Shown here one piece after another: positions 12,701-25,800 of a stretch of 64,000 bases of DNA. Within the stretch, counting starts at the first letter, position 1; each line of letters opens with the position of its first letter. The stretch comes from Phoronis australis (Eukaryota > Animalia > Phoronida), in assembly GCA_002633005.1 (NCBI GenBank), contig NMRA01000019.1, positions 1,135,052-1,199,051 on the forward strand, given 5' to 3'. The translations under genes and the position numbers were made by a program. The notes beneath the pieces were generated by a model. It was not told the origin of the DNA, ran no database searches, and saw nothing but the letters and a program-made list of their open reading frames with translations.

Positions 12701-15291
12701 GGGCCTAGGAGCACTCCGTGAGAATTTCAGCCAAAGTTATTACGGGATTTTGTCTTTGCAATGGCTTATATGACTGTTTAAGCAATGCGTGGGTCACTGG
12801 TTTACATTGCCTAATGTTGTCAATATTTTAAAACCTCGTTAGTAACTAAAATTTCAAATTTTATTCTGAAAATTCCCCCAGCTTCCATAAGGCCAACATG
12901 CTTTAGTTTACATAGAGTTCATCATCAATGTGGCGGAACGCTTATCACGCGCTGTGTGGCTTGCGAGTATAGTCGTGTCGTCTCTAGCTATTTATCTCAT
13001 TGCTTCACATATTTGCGCTCTCTAGAGTAATGGGATCACGAAAGTGATTTCCGATTAAATCTCGACTGAGATTTGGTGGATAGAAATTCAAATACTGCAC
13101 AGTGGTTCATGAATATAAAAGCAGAAGAATAAACTCCGCTTTCAGCCCTTCCCATTGCCTGATAAGTTAAGGTTCACTAATCTATTTTATCTTTTTGACA
13201 CCACTTTATTACCGGCATTGCGGCAACCACTGCATTGTCGCGGATACTTCTTCGCAAATGAAAATGCATGGAACAGGACGTCCTTGCTCATCATTTGATA
13301 TTTCAGAAAGTTTGCCTTATTCGTAAGGCATTGGTACATCCCACCGCACACCAGTGGAGAATGATTTGCCAGGAAAGGTGCTAAAACGCTGTTTATACCA
13401 GTAGGTTGAAACCTCCCGTCAGCATTATATGGGATCTGTTGGTGGCGCTGAACGCCTGTCCACCCAAGACCTGATCGCCGTCTGGTGGATAAGTGCAGCT
13501 ATCGAATAGGCATTTGAAAAGCACTCTAAATACTTCTTTAGTAGTAACTATGCTGCAATTTCTGGTCCATGCTCCTATAGGATATAACTCATGTGGAGAC
13601 AGGCCAACTATTCATTGAAATTGCCCATAGTAGGCTATGTATACAATTGTGTCTTAGTGAATTCGTCGGCATGTGTTACCGATAATACGAAGTCGTATTG
13701 CGGTACAGGAAAAAGAGAGATTGTGCAACCGGGACAATTTGTCATCGTTGAATAGTAGAGATTAGGAATAAAAAATTTCCGCCTCCTGCGAAAATGATAT
13801 GCTGTGCTTGTTAACTCATTAACGGCTGAGTACCACTAATACTTCTACTCCAGCGACAAAACGCTGTTAAAGACATTGTTACAGTTTCTGAATTTGTTAT
13901 GCACATTCAAAGCGTTGCAAAAGCCTAACTCCCGTAAGTCCACCATGGACCGTGGACCATGTACAGTTCAATATTCGTCTTGTTCACTGATGTGGCGTCG
14001 TTCTCGTCATCTTGGCAAGTCAAACTGAAAACTGAGGAGACTATTCTAATCAAAAGACATTTTGTTTTATCCTTAGTCCTTCCAATGCTAACAATCGTTC
14101 TTGCCACTGTGGGTAAGATAGCCATAGGCGTATTTGCCGGTATCGTGTACGTCTATAACTCCGAAGTCTACCCTACATCTGTGCGCACAATTGGACTTGG
14201 CGTCAGTTCTGTCTTTTGCCGAATTGGGGGAATGGTTGCACCGTACATAAACGATCTGGTAAGTTTGTTTTCCTAATCTTATAGCGTGAGCGTCTCAAGG
14301 TAGCCACTTGGTTTTATTTAAAACAGGATTAATGCAGAGGTGCCTCGCTTTTTCTACAACCAGACATGGGTGGAATGAAGCTCGTGTAGCAGCAATGACT
14401 TCAAAGATTTTCTCTAAGCTCAATTTACCTTCTGGTGTGTAGTCTGTAAACTGCATTCTTTACTCCACGGGCGTAACAACTTAGATTATATTTAAGTGCA
14501 TATTTGTCTTCCAGTCCAGCATCATGGCCACTCTTCCGTACATAGTTTATGGGGCGTCATGTCTCATTGGTGCTTTGCTGACGTTGTATGTCCCGGAGAC
14601 ACACAAGCGCCGTCTGATGGATAATGTTGAAGAGGCAGAGCGTTACAACAGACTGTACTGCCGCTGCAGGTAACAATTAGAGGAACTAATTTTCGGAAAT
14701 GCTATGCATGTGAAAGTATCGTTGAGCGGATGCTAAGTCCTCTTACTTTAAAGGAAACTACTTCCTTTTTCGGCGATTTCAAGCAAAATGGGTTCTGCCT
14801 TTATCGTATTTTACATTAAATGCATCCTGATACAAATAAAATCATTTAGTATTCAGATGAAACCCTTCTTCAAAGTATCACAAAGTAAAACCTGTTCTTC
14901 GAGGAAAACGGTCTATGTCGAGGAGTCGATTAAGTAGCCTGGAGCCTTACTGGTTTGAATTTAACAGACTATGTAAGAAGTTTCAAACTTCTCCAAAATG
15001 CTTAGGCTTGATAAGGAATACACACTATTGGTAGATGTAAGTTGTCTAGTCATAGTTATTTAATGCGACATGAACAACAACGTTCTGAAAAACTAATTTA
15101 AAGACGGTCTTATCCCAATGTGGCGGAGAACTGACATTTGCTAATAGGTCATTTAGAGTAGAAGATTTTTAATGGTGTAGTCCATTACGATGTATTTCTG
15201 TTTAAGGGAGCCAACAGAACCTGGTGAAAAACCAAGTGACAGCGACACTAGTGGTGAACAGTCCGACCAGTTATTATCGAAAGATGTTTAA
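9794..15291 (+). CDS. SLC22-family organic cation/carnitine transporter (MFS), C-terminal exons 9794-10088, 14077-14258, 14515-14669, 15207-15291
   Basis: Phase-compatible AG/GT exons encode SLLDTVRTPNMR...FFGLSYN...FGRR, YVYNSEVYPTSVRTIGLG...CRIGGMVAPY and LYVPETHKRRLMD, then a stop at 15289-15291. The 5' exons were not found and may lie in the gap at 9631 or upstream. Confidence 0.88.
10993..11245. mobile_element. MITE, CATGCGCGCACCCAG-TIR family, degenerate copy
   Basis: Same internal sequence (ctcgaattt...gtggacctt...tttctctgaggcg...cccacttcgccaaatggggg) as the copies at 24363, 31887 and 35162. Confidence 0.8.
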
Positions 15292-15816
15292 GCCATCCAC
15301 ATCAGCTTCACTAAAATAGCTAGGATCAAAGATTCCCTGCAGGTCATACAAGCTACTATAGGGCCTATATATTCAAGATTGTTCTCTTAATACCGTCATT
15401 GAATCATTGAACATTGTCTTACATTGCTTCTGCTCTAGAGAAGAAATACGTAAATTAGATCTTTTTTGTTTCACGAGTAAGACAAGTATGGGTAAAATAG
15501 ACGTTTTTATATGTGACCTTTCAACGTAATTAGTGGGATAATCCAAAACGAGAATTCAGCTGCCACTTATGTGTCAGGATGCTCTAAGCTGATGAAAATC
15601 TGCGGTTACGCGTATTAATTTTGGAAGAATATGAACGGTTCTTCATTTAAACATCTCCAACAGGGATATAGTACTAATGCACTTCTTAAATGTTTTAATG
15701 CTAACCTTTTGAGATGAACAAGTTACATAACCACTTCATTCGCCAGTTTATAACGCATGCAGAAACCCCGATTCGGTTTACTTTTATCGGACTGTGGGCC
15801 ACAAGTTTTGTGACCT

Positions 15817-16131
15817 TGTAGGAATCAGAAACACGCAATTATAAGTGAATAAAATACTATATTGAAGCAGACACTTGATGTTGGTATATTGACAAAAATG
15901 AGACTAAACTACAGTGATTTAACAAATCGTTATAACTGATAGGTGGCACCACAGTACCCCCCTCCAAGCGGAGGACTAAGGCAAATCCGAAGTGGGTGGA
16001 GAATCACGAAAACGCACAGGCAAGCGCGAAACGCGGCCAGAACGAGTAACTTTAGAAGGTTGATCGGCAGCAACAGACGTTGACGGCACAGGTCGGTCGG
16101 TGGAGTCAAGGGGAGCCGGCGGCGAGGGGAG
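15817..16131 (-). mobile_element. Second copy of the Gypsy element: 3' LTR, PPT and integrase tail, cut off by a gap
   Basis: LTR 15817-15953 differs from 5200-5336 by about 1 nt. It continues with SPPAPLDSTD...RFRDSPPTSDLP up to the n at 16132. Confidence 0.92.
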
Positions 16132-16132
16132 N

Positions 16133-16195
16133 TAAAGACGTTGAGATTCGGAAGCGTTGGGTCGTTGCCATACGCCGCGACGAAGCAAAATATGT
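16133..16195 (+). pseudogene. THAP-domain fragment, probably from a Harbinger/P-like DNA transposon or a THAP gene
   Basis: KDVEIRKRWVVAIRRDEAKY matches the THAP core (FP)KD..LR..W..AIRR. It starts at the gap. Confidence 0.65.
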
Positions 16196-17504
16196 CCGTG
16201 TAAAATTTATAAATGTTTTCAAAAAGTTAGATCATATTTTGTCGCATCTCGGTTGCCAAGCATCATAGTAATGACCGGAGAATGGGCCAGCCAGGCTGTG
16301 TTTTCATGACTACGGGTTGAAACATTATAATTTTTCTTTCCAAAAAGGACAGGACCCTCAATCCCTCGAATTTGAGGCCCAATATCGGCCCTATTCCCCT
16401 CTCAAAAATATTGAAATATCACGCGAAATTCCCCCCACGTGGCATAAAAATTCCCCTAGTGAAAAATCTCTCTGAGTTCACATGACCTGTAACCACACAG
16501 GTGACAATTTTAAGAGCACAAAAGCCTATGAGAGCTTGCAACAGGGCGGGGGTGCTATTGATGGTGATCGGGAGGTAGATTGTTCCCCTCACTCGGCGAA
16601 AAAATCGCCTTTCAGTAGGCTGGCACTTTCCCCTCGGACGAACGAGGCTCCTGGAGAAACATGATAACTATGATTATTTTGTCCAGTTAACTGAAATTGA
16701 ATTCTAAAACGAGGTTATGCTTTGGACGAACGAATTAGGTGTTTTTAAATTAATTTTAAAATTCAACTTGGTCCAGATTGATATTTGAAACCTAACACAT
16801 GAAGTACACGTAAGAATTATTACAACCAAGAAAGTAGAATTGATGGTCAAATAATTTTTAATTTCAATTACGAACATGGTTTTTTATTTCAATAAAAAAA
16901 TATATTTAATGAAATCAATTATTCTTTCAGATCAATGACAAATCAACTGTTAGTCCCAGTGAGTGCATAGGATCAGGCTATGCTTGATGTTAATATTCTT
17001 GATCAACAAATTAAACCAGATGTGATTAATTGCACATGACAGCCACCTCTGTCGACTATGTCTTCAACTCGTCAACAATACGATCAGATGACCTGGTTCG
17101 CGTAGAAAGTATTTTGATCAACAATTTACAAGAAAAAACGTAACCATGCATTTAGCATAATACCTAATCCGTAACACTACGTTTGCCGCAATTTGGTCAT
17201 ATTTACTTTTCATGTTCCGAACCTAGTTTTCCGAAAATAATTAAACCCTTTTGTCAGACAACTCCTTGGCGCTTTAACTTATTCTCTAGTGTAATTTTCT
17301 ACATCTCTGTAGTTAATTGTCGACACATTATTAAAATCTAATATCCAGGTTGGACTCGAAAAACCGGCTATTTAACTCACGCAATGTCAACTTCCGCTTT
17401 GTTTATCGCAGTGAGCCTCGCTTTGGATTTTAATGTCCGCCGCGTGAATTGGGTCTATAGAGTTTCTTTTGTTGAACGAACAATAGTGAGATATATCAAA
17501 TAAA

Positions 17505-17585
17505 CGCAGAAAAATCAGGAACTCAACTGGGACTCGAACTTCATGTCTCTATATTGCCGGTTTAGTGCTCTTACCACTGAGCTAC
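17505..17585 (-). mobile_element. tRNA-derived SINE head or tRNA pseudogene
   Basis: Minus strand TAGCTCAGTGGTAAGAGCAC (A box)...AGTTCGAGTCCC (B box), then TTTTT. No clean cloverleaf. Confidence 0.7.
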
Positions 17586-18091
17586 TGATAATCCGATATC
17601 TGTGCCATTAACACTTGAACAAACAACACTTTAGTTGCGATGATCGGCTCTACAACCCGTCCGCGGAACAGACGGCTTCGCGTACGATCACAAAGCCTGA
17701 GGAGGAGTCCGGAATCGTCTATCGACAAGGGACCATTCATCCTCTCGTCTACTCCTTTCAGTGACTCGATCGCTGGAGAGGCCGAGACGCTGGCTGGTGA
17801 GAGAAGTGTTATCACCACTTCATGAGAGGCCGCTGGTCCCGCATCCACCATCAGGGGCCTGTCCAGACCGGCATCGATTAGATCCGCCTTCATCCACTTT
17901 GGGCCGACAAGGGCCGCCGTTGGGAGCTTCAGCAAGTAACCAAGGAGTCTCCTCTTGATGGCCTCTTTAAACAATTCCAAATACACAAATCTGCTGGTCT
18001 GCTCTTGCACTGCAATCTCACCCAAGTTTAGATTCCCCGCTGTTCTTCTATGGAGGGGAGCTTTTCCTGAGTGTTTATGTTGCTGAATCAT
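17582..18091 (-). CDS. Hypothetical 169-aa ORF, unassigned
   Basis: Uninterrupted ATG-started ORF in a locally GC-rich island. No recognised motif. Confidence 0.25.
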   Translation of the reverse strand: MIQQHKHSGKAPLHRRTAGNLNLGEIAVQEQTSRFVYLELFKEAIKRRLLGYLLKLPTAALVGPKWMKADLIDAGLDRPLMVDAGPAASHEVVITLLSPASVSASPAIESLKGVDERMNGPLSIDDSGLLLRLCDRTRSRLFRGRVVEPIIATKVLFVQVLMAQISDYQ

Positions 18092-19515
18092 TGCTTTTTA
18101 TCGGTAATTTGCTTGGTTTTGAACTGTTAGAAACTGAAGCTTGAAAGATTTTACCAGTTGTGATTTTTTAATCTTCAGAATAGAATTTGACAAAAGTATG
18201 GGTGGTCATAGGACCACGGTTTGCGGGAGAGACCGATTAAAAATTTCCGAGATTATAGATTATAGTTACAGAATGCTAGGTCGATTTGAGGGTGATAGGA
18301 TTTTTCTGTACCCTATTTTCGTGTTTCACAATCGCCACACTTTCAACTGGACGCTAGTATCTATCTTTACATTCAGATCTTTAGTGTGCGATGAAACTGA
18401 ATGAAAATGTGTATTCCTTTACTTATGACTGTCACCAGAATAGTTTGAATTTCTTGTGAATTCACGGTGTTGTCGTCCTGGGACTTTTCTGTTCGATCAC
18501 AGTATGTTATTTGCTATAAGTGGGTTGATAAGTTGGTTTGTGAGTAAAACTTTTTGCCACCTAAAACACGTATGTCTGATCTGTAGGAACATAAATAACT
18601 TGACGGATAAGCGTAGCACACGATCTTAGTGGGTCTTCCTCTCGTTTCGTAAATCTAAGGCACGTCTCGGCTGGGTAAGGTGAAGTTGCTTGACATATTA
18701 GCAACAACACTGTAGAATCTGTGCGTACGTGCCCGTTATTGAAAGACGTTTCCTGGCGGAAATGGTCGGGAATTTACGAGTGAAGCAAAAGTGTGAGAAC
18801 CATCTGGTGGTGCAAATTCACGGGGAAAGATTTGGCGCTTGAGTCTTTGTAGGCGTTATTGCTAAATACTACTGCTGTGTCTATCTAAACTGCTAAAAAA
18901 ACTGTACCGAGTCGTTCTTCAAACTTGACTAAGACTTTTACCAATGTGAATGCACTTCGTTGAATAAATGATTTTAGGTAACTCTGTAGAAATGTGGTAG
19001 ACAATTGGCAAAAAACTTGTGATAGTGGACAATGAATACTTGGACCGCTTAAAAATGTTGTAATTTCTGACAAACCAAACTGCAAACAAAAAAGAGAGAC
19101 GAACGGCATTGAAAGTTTAATGCAAGCGCTTCCTAGCCAACAGCAACTGTATTCCTCACAAAATTAGTTGAAATAGAACAGTAAGTACCTTAGAAGTACA
19201 GGCTCCCATAATGAAACTGTAGACAGATTTTGCACGTAATAATTCACTCAATAATCCACTTGCAGCTGACGTTATTATGTACAAATGAGATGACAATGTC
19301 CAGAATATCTGGTCACCTAAAATTAACACACACGGCCATTCATTCTGGTGCTTATTACTGGCCTTCGTTAATAGTCCAGTTTCAGTGCATCACTATTAGA
19401 CTTATATTCACTTAAAGTATCATAACGGGCAAATAAAAACAAGTACAGTTTCGTATTATTAAAAAATCCGGCATGTTGATCTTGCTTACAGAACCTGGAC
19501 ATTCGATTACAAACA

Positions 19516-22500
19516 TTATCCTGAAATGTATTCACATCTCTCGCCGCCATACCCCGTCGGACAAACGCACCTGTACCCAATCTTGGTATAGTATGGCAGG
19601 CAGATGGCGCTGTTCAGACATTGGTTATTGCGGCACACAGGGAACTCCCCACGTGCTTTAACGGTACGCACGTCTTCAACAAAATTTTTCTGGACACCAT
19701 TAACGAGCAGCTGACTCACGGCACCTGTTAAAACAGTCAGAGACTTATGTATCAATACAAGATTACAACATGACCGTATGTCACAGAGCGGTTTAAGGGA
19801 GCATGGAAACTGACCCCGCCCACTAGGAGCACGACCAAAAATAAAGATTCTGTTACGTATTACGGATCACGCTGACCTTTTCCTTCGAAAATTGTGGTTG
19901 GGACACTGTACGACATCCAAGATCCGTCAGTACATGAGGACAACCCTCGCAATATTCCGGTCAGGATGAAAGATTCTTATTTGAAAAAATCTATGTTCTT
20001 ATTAGATGATCAATCGCATTGTAGAGCTAACCATACATTTTAGTATGAAACAAAAAACGATGATACGAACGTGAGTCTAAAGTTCTAAGTATTAGGCCTG
20101 GGGGGCCCAGACCCCCCCCCCCCTTGGCTGCCGCAAAAAATAGAACAGAAAGAGCGTAGGGAAATGTTGAGTTTATTATTTAACACCGGTAACTAACATT
20201 ATACGGCTGAAACAAGATTTAAATTTGTGCAGTTTTAGTGTGTTGGGTGGGGGGGGCTCAGATCCAATTTCAAGTGTCAAATTCGGAACACTGCGCAATC
20301 GTAACGGAACTATGGCTTGGTATAGGCTCTCCCGCGATATCCTAGACGACCGGCAGTGGCGCTGCGCGCTACGACTCCGTTTCCGTCGTCTGCTTCACTG
20401 TGCAATGAAGAAAATTTACTTCATTTTTTAAAAAAAAATGGAACCTGAGTGACAACGAAAAAACAGAAGCTGCTGGTAAGATGTGAATTTTAATCGAAGC
20501 CATAGTGAATCACTCAGAAACTCGCAATACTCTCTTTGTTAAATCTTATCTTAAGACGGTTTCCAAAGCAATCCCGTCATTATTGCCAACACGAAAAATG
20601 GATTTGGTCTTTTGGACATTTGAAGACTATTTTAAATACAACAAATTTGTTACGAACTGATTGCACAAAATAAAAAAGTGTAATAAGCATTACAAAAAGA
20701 AGTAGGTTTCGCGCGCAAACGCTGTGGACCATAAACAAGTAGGTCTCTTTGACTTAAATTACAAGTGTAATCGTGGTGGTGCTGTGGTAAAGAACGCGCG
20801 CTCAATCCGCCAGGTCGTGAGTTCGAGTATGTGGCTACTGCAGTTTTTCAAGTTTGACACGTTCTACGTATTTGTTTTCTTTGCCTTTATTTCTTGGATA
20901 ATACTTCAGGAATCAAGGAAAATGCTTGAATTTTAGAGGAAAAAAATGAAAAAATTTCCTGGCGGGAGGGGGGTTGCCCCCTCCCGATCTCCCCCCATTC
21001 GGTGCTATGCGCATCTACAATCGTGCTTTGCGCAAATGTTTACACACAAAATGTTGGGCCCCCCCTTGTGATATCCTAGATCGGCCACTATGCCATTATT
21101 AACTCGAACTCAATTGGTTTGAGCCATGGTGAAATCAAAACTGCTGTGAAACTGCTGTCTCTGAAATTCATTGTTAATTTGGACGACTCGCTGTTATGAA
21201 ACTGATTTCGCTTGTTCGTCTTGAAAAGTGATTCTTGGGTTTGAGATGGGTTTACATTCCGTTATTGCTTGAAAATTTGCCCGGCATGAAATGTCGTTAT
21301 GCCCGTCAAGCTAGTTTATTGGACCAGAATTCCAGTGCCGGTTTCTTAGAATCCTGAAGCTATAAGAAGTACGGGAGTCTTATTAATTTGAAAAGTCGCT
21401 GGTTGACACCTTTTCGTCTATCCACGCTTGATCGTCACATTTTTCACCCCACTCCCGATCAAAACAATTTTCCCCCTGGGTCTACGAGGCGGGGGTCCCA
21501 ATCTCACTAGCATGCAGCCCCTCAGTTGTAAGTTACTTTGCATAATGTATAATTTGGCAGTGCCAGTCTCCAGCAATAACGAGATAGAATAAAATGAAAG
21601 CAGATATGCAATGGTAAATTATCCAATTCGTAGATTTTTTAACAAAGGCTGGCTTCATTCTCATGGCCCAATATGGCCTGCACTACACCGCGTGTTAATA
21701 TGTTGCTTTTTTACTGCAAGAAGTATGGTAAGTAGTTTACCTTCGAATCCCGTAGAGACGCCTATGTCTCTATTGAGGTCTCGGATGTTGTCCTTGCCTC
21801 CCACGAATAGTGCAGCAGCGGTATCGTCAAGGATGAAGTTAGTGGATCTGCCAGGGGATCTGCCAAAGCTCCGCTCCCCATCCACAACCATTACACCTGG
21901 AAGATCGTTGAGTGTTTTTAAGCAATAACTCGTGAGAGACCTGCGAATGATTCCATGTTCCCTCTTACAGTGGCAAACATCGATGGCAAACATAGTGTTC
22001 ATACTGCTTTTAACTCCGCTGTGCAGTAAAAATAAATGACTATGAGCATAATGCCTGATTAAGCCTACTTAATCACAGGGAATGTCTTCAGAACTGCCTC
22101 AAGCATGAATAAAATGTCTCTTCTTTCTTAAAATACAATACACGAACGTGTCATCCTTTCTGTTACAAAATGCAAGTGAAAATTAACGCTGTGTAAACAG
22201 TGCGGTGGTGTATATCTGGGTACCTTCTGCTCCGTTTCTTGAAAGCCGTGCCGTGTGCCACTGGTTAAGAGCAAGACGGCTATTGCCTCGAATGACAGCC
22301 ACACCAGAGCCGAGTTCATAACGAAACTCCGGAAATCCATTATCTATTCCAAATGTCACAAAGTTGTCGTCTTCCGGGAATTCTCGGTCTCCGTTGAAAA
22401 GGATCATACCTGTGGAAATAACATGGCTTCTGACAAAAAGGTTATAATTGCAGAAAACACCGTTTACATGCCAACTCGTATTCAATAAAACTACTGATTT

Positions 22501-22851
22501 TTACTATAGTAATTCAGAAAACGCAAATGTACAGGGCAATTCTAACAGGCATTTGGGACATGCCATTAGAAAATGTCAGTAAGCATTTGGGAATCACTTA
22601 ATTTGATGGGGATTCTACACCATGGATAAAGTCACCAAGACTGGGTATGATGTAAATAGCGTAATGTATAGTGTCTACGAAACGCTACCCTGGATTGTCT
22701 GGAGCGGTCTCACACACTTTGTTACGTGTCAACCACTCACCGGTGCTTTTCTCTGGGTAGAAAGATATCTCTACATCCGCGTTCTCTCCTTGTGGCAGTG
22801 GTGTGAAAGTCATGTAGGATTCTGGATTCTGCTTGAAATATGGGATTAGAC
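19516..22851 (-). CDS. Laminin-G plus EGF C-terminal exons (22741-22851, 22224-22408, 21740-21897, 19516-19724)
   Basis: LIPYFKQNPESYM...ISFYPEKSTG/MILFNG...FRYELGSG...WHTARLSRNG/...LFVGG...GFEG/AVSQLLVNG, then CRNNQCLNSAIC...YRCVCPTGYGGERCEYISG*. Confidence 0.9.
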
Positions 22852-25800
22852 CTGCCGAAAAAAACATAAGCTATTATACTCATTAACTCCTGATTGAGGC
22901 CATGGTTGAAACAGCAGAAAAGCCGAACAGAGAAAAGTTTTTTAAAAGAAAAGATATTATATTATCAAGTTGCCTTATGCTACTGCCCTGTCTATAAGTG
23001 GCACAATATCGATATACACAAAGCACGTGATCAGTACATTTTTAATGATCACTAATAAGCAAACTTACGTCCTACGAGGAAGGGGAACTCGGCTGATGCC
23101 GTTCCGTACTCATTAGTCGCCGTGCAAACGTATGTGCCTTCATGGGAGGCCTTAGCGTTCAGCCATTTTAGCTCGCCTCGTTCTGTTGTGTAACCACTAT
23201 AATGCAAACAACATTTAAGTTTTAACAGGTCTTCTCGAAGGACATTCGGTATTTCAACTGTTTTGCTTTGGTTTGTACCGTAAGATACTCTGTTTGAAGT
23301 CATTTTTTACTAAAATAGTTTCAAATTGCAAAAAATATTGAGAAATAAGAGACTTCTAAGTAGTCGAAAATGGCTGACCTTGGCATCTCTCCGTTCAGTT
23401 TGGTCCACGTGTACTGAATGGGCGGCTTGCCATAGGATGTACACTGTAGTTGAGCCGAGCGCTGATGCATTGTCGAAAACACTCCTGGCTTGTCAATACT
23501 CGGTTTGGCTGTGGAAATAGAACACTAGTCATATAATGTGCGACCAGAAAGATCGAGTGGCGTAGCGGTCAGTTCTTCAATCAAAGAATATTAGTATAAC
23601 AGTTGTACAATCAAGGTTGCCGTCGACGACGTGATAGTGCACATCGCAAGGCAATTGTGAAGAATTTTTTTAAATACAGAAGGGCACAGGTTTTTCATAT
23701 TGTGTGTTACCGTTACTTGTCATGTTTCACGAGTTGACTATCTTCATAACCTAACCTTGTCCCATTCTTACCTGTCACTTGAAGCCGCTTTGCTTTAGTC
23801 GACTCTCCCGCCCTGTTTCTGGCCGCACAAATATACGTGCCAGCATCAGCCAGTTGCGCCTGTCTGATGACCAAAGTTGTACCTCCGTTGGTGAGAACGT
23901 GATTCACCGGTAGAGGGCCTTCCAACTTCGACCATACTACTTCCGGTTGAGGACTGCCTGTAAATGTCAGCATGATGTCACAAATGGGCGGGTACCATAT
24001 ATTGTAAACACAGCAAAACAAACTTCAGCATGCTCAACCTCTCGCAGATGTTTCTGAAAACCACATCACGGAAAAATGGGAACGTAGTACAGCGATCGAG
24101 ACGTGCAGAGGCACTTCGGTTTTATAGTGTTCGTAAATCTACTGTTAGCGAAGTGGGTTGAAAGTATCTACATATTGGACTCACAGAATAACAGTTTCAA
24201 CTTTCCGACGACGACATCCCATCTGTTGAAGACACCCGAGTCAGAGACTTTATAAAGTAATGCATGTACAAACATCGGTCAAGCAAGATGATTACGGATC
24301 ATGCGAGATTGAGCAAAACTGCTAAGCCTCTGTCAAGATTCTGCGACCCTTAAAGGATATTGCATGCGCGCACCCAGCCTAAAATGTAGAGGGATTTGAA
24401 TTTTTGAGAATGTGGATCTTTTTATAAAAAGGGGATACGTTCAAAAGTATGGATTGCGCATCCGCCGAATTCCTGCCTTTTAGTGGATTTTTGTGTCGTT
24501 TTCTCGGACTTCTTGTTTCTCTGAGGCGGACTTTTTTGCCCACTTCGTCAAATGGGGGCCCCTGGGTGCGCACATGTATTGTTAAGTTAGGTAAGGTTGT
24601 TGAAGATTAACTAATATATATTTTAGATTTACTAAGCTCCACATTAGTGATTGTGTAACTGACGACAAGCGACGTACGTGCTTACTGGAGGTTATCTTTG
24701 GGAAGTCTTATATGCTCTTGCACTTCACTTAAGCAATCTTTGAAATGAATTGAGATTTTGCATATGTCTTACTATGTTCATTATTGTTGAATGTAATGTT
24801 GTTATTGTATGGCACAGGAATAGAAAGTTGAGCGCGACGACGACGTTCCTCGCCTTATTCTTAAAACCCAAGTTGTTTCAAGTACAATAAGGTGGACAAA
24901 TAATCCTTCACTCGTGATAATTGAAAATTGGAACTGCTGTTGATCAAAGGCTCCGGACCCAAAATGTTATGAGCCCATCTGGATTTTGGCTTTATGAAAT
25001 GTATTTGATTAATTCATTTCGTTAACTTAGAGAAATATGCAATGTTTTACGAAAACGATCAACAGCGCTAGCTTTTTTATTGACTCGGAAGGGTTTGAAA
25101 ATGTTTCAAGTATTGAAATGTTGGCTGTATTTTGAGTTTGCAATTGTTTTGGGATACCTTGTAATAAGAGCCGGAGGTCTGTTTACTATGCAAAACTGTT
25201 GACATAACCTAAGCTATAGGAAGACCAGCTTAGAATTTCACCTTTAGGTCTCAACCGATTAGATTTAGCTTGATGCGTGACCAAGAAGAGTTAATTTAAT
25301 TTAACCCTTACCTGAGATGCGGCAAACGAACTGTACACCTTGGTTGACGGACACTGTTCGCTCAACATTGCCATCAGCCCAATCACCGATTAATGGAGGC
25401 CCTGCAAATACGGAACGAAAATGACAAAGTCGCTGCACCATCAGTTTGCCGGAAATTGTTGAAAGAATTCCAGCATAAACGGCTACCGGCAATCACTTAT
25501 AATTAGTCCTGGGATATGACAACCACACTTTACTCAAAACTCGACTCGAAAACTGACCAGTCTTAGCACGCGAAATTGCAAAAATTACTCGAAGCTTGAT
25601 ACGCGATCGGTTTATGTTCGAGTGGGGTCTAGAGCAAAGTTTGATGGTCAAGGACCCAGGTCAGCTGCGACACCTACCTCATATACCCGTAAACCAGAGT
25701 ACAAAATGTTGCGACATTTGCTCCAATTAAGATTTATTAAGTTTATCGACTAAGACTAGACAAAAATTCGAGTACAGAATGTGCCTGATCGCAAAATCTA

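Noticed and set aside
17505-17585. Functional tRNA gene (also considered for 20772 and 45634)
   Set aside because: A/B boxes are present but the acceptor and anticodon stems do not pair properly, so these are better read as SINE heads.
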